Virus record (IMG/VR): IMGVR_UViG_3300020043_003076
Span: 1 to 33,352 of that record
Strand: one strand, 5' to 3'
DNA from: a virus
Taxonomy: Duplodnaviria > Caudoviricetes
DNA length: 33,352 nt
Shown here: positions 33,121 to 33,352 of the stretch, one piece after another
Numbering within the stretch: position 1 is the stretch's first letter
How the letters are laid out: each line of letters starts with the position of its first letter
Made by a program: the position numbers and the translations under genes
Notes under the pieces: generated by a model
What the model was told of the DNA's origin: nothing
What the model saw: the letters and a program-made list of their open reading frames with translations, nothing else
Database searches by the model: none

Positions 33121-33352
33121 GCGACATCAATCCAGATTATTATAAAAAAGGGAATAAGCAAGTATTTGAAATGATGCTCGACATCTGGGGCGTTGACAAA
33201 TACATTGCTTTTTGTGAAATGAACGCCTTTAAATACAGAATGAGACTGGGAGACAAACCAGACCAACCAGTTGAAAGGGATTTGGCCAAAGCTAAATGGT
33301 ATGAGGCAATGGCTAAAGATTTGAGAGCAGGCCAAAAAAAAGAGAGTCCAAT
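33117..33352 (+). CDS. 5' part of DUF3310-like (SaV / T7 gp1.7-like) protein; 88 aa when circularised
   Basis: MSDINPDYYKKG...FCEMNAFKYRMRLG.K....DLAKAKWY matches the P.HY...F..GN..KY..R...K....DL.KA.WY pattern; missing from the ORF track because it crosses the end. Confidence 0.78.
   Translation, partial: MSDINPDYYKKGNKQVFEMMLDIWGVDKYIAFCEMNAFKYRMRLGDKPDQPVERDLAKAKWYEAMAKDLRAGQKKESP
33232..33352. repeat. Terminal direct repeat, right copy
   Basis: Identical to 1-121. Confidence 0.97.

Noticed and set aside
739-33335. All minus-strand ORFs in the track (e.g. 1115-1408, 12187-12525, 13042-13344, 14936-15262, 33096-33335)
   Set aside because: They are antisense shadows of well-supported plus-strand genes, with no recognisable motifs or expression signals
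1-33352. Alternative genetic code, tRNA genes, introns or inteins
   Set aside because: Standard-code ORFs tile the genome densely, core genes have normal lengths, and I saw no cloverleaf in the few intergenic gaps

Overview
The window is an apparently complete, circularly assembled dsDNA tailed-phage genome of about 33,231 bp; bases 1-121 are repeated exactly at 33232-33352. All credible genes are on the + strand. TAnnTTTG promoter boxes and A-rich initiation regions without Shine-Dalgarno sites point to a Bacteroidota host, probably Flavobacterium-like, and the tape measure plus tail tube genes suggest a siphovirus. Gene order: HNH, RusA-like resolvase, TerS/TerL, tail completion/tip genes, tail fibre, tape measure, Mor-like regulator, ClpP-type prohead protease, major capsid, major tail, a ~4.7 kb glycosylation cassette, portal, adaptor, holin, GH19 endolysin, metallophosphoesterase, u-spanin-like lipoprotein, early genes (ERF, YqaJ-like exonuclease, HTH, NinB-like), replication initiator, and a DUF3310-like gene across the junction. 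I recognised no integrase, polymerase, tRNA or CRISPR array. The three most notable observations are: (1) a separately transcribed cassette of about five glycosyltransferase-like genes and a methyltransferase inside the virion module, a candidate virion-glycosylation system; (2) a 17-bp palindrome (TTGnAA-N5-TTnCAA) 20-21 nt upstream of TAnnTTTG at three structural-gene promoters that look leaderless, next to a Mor-like activator gene; (3) a two-hairpin kissing-loop RNA/terminator abutting the replication-initiator start codon. All family assignments come from motif recognition by eye, not database searches.
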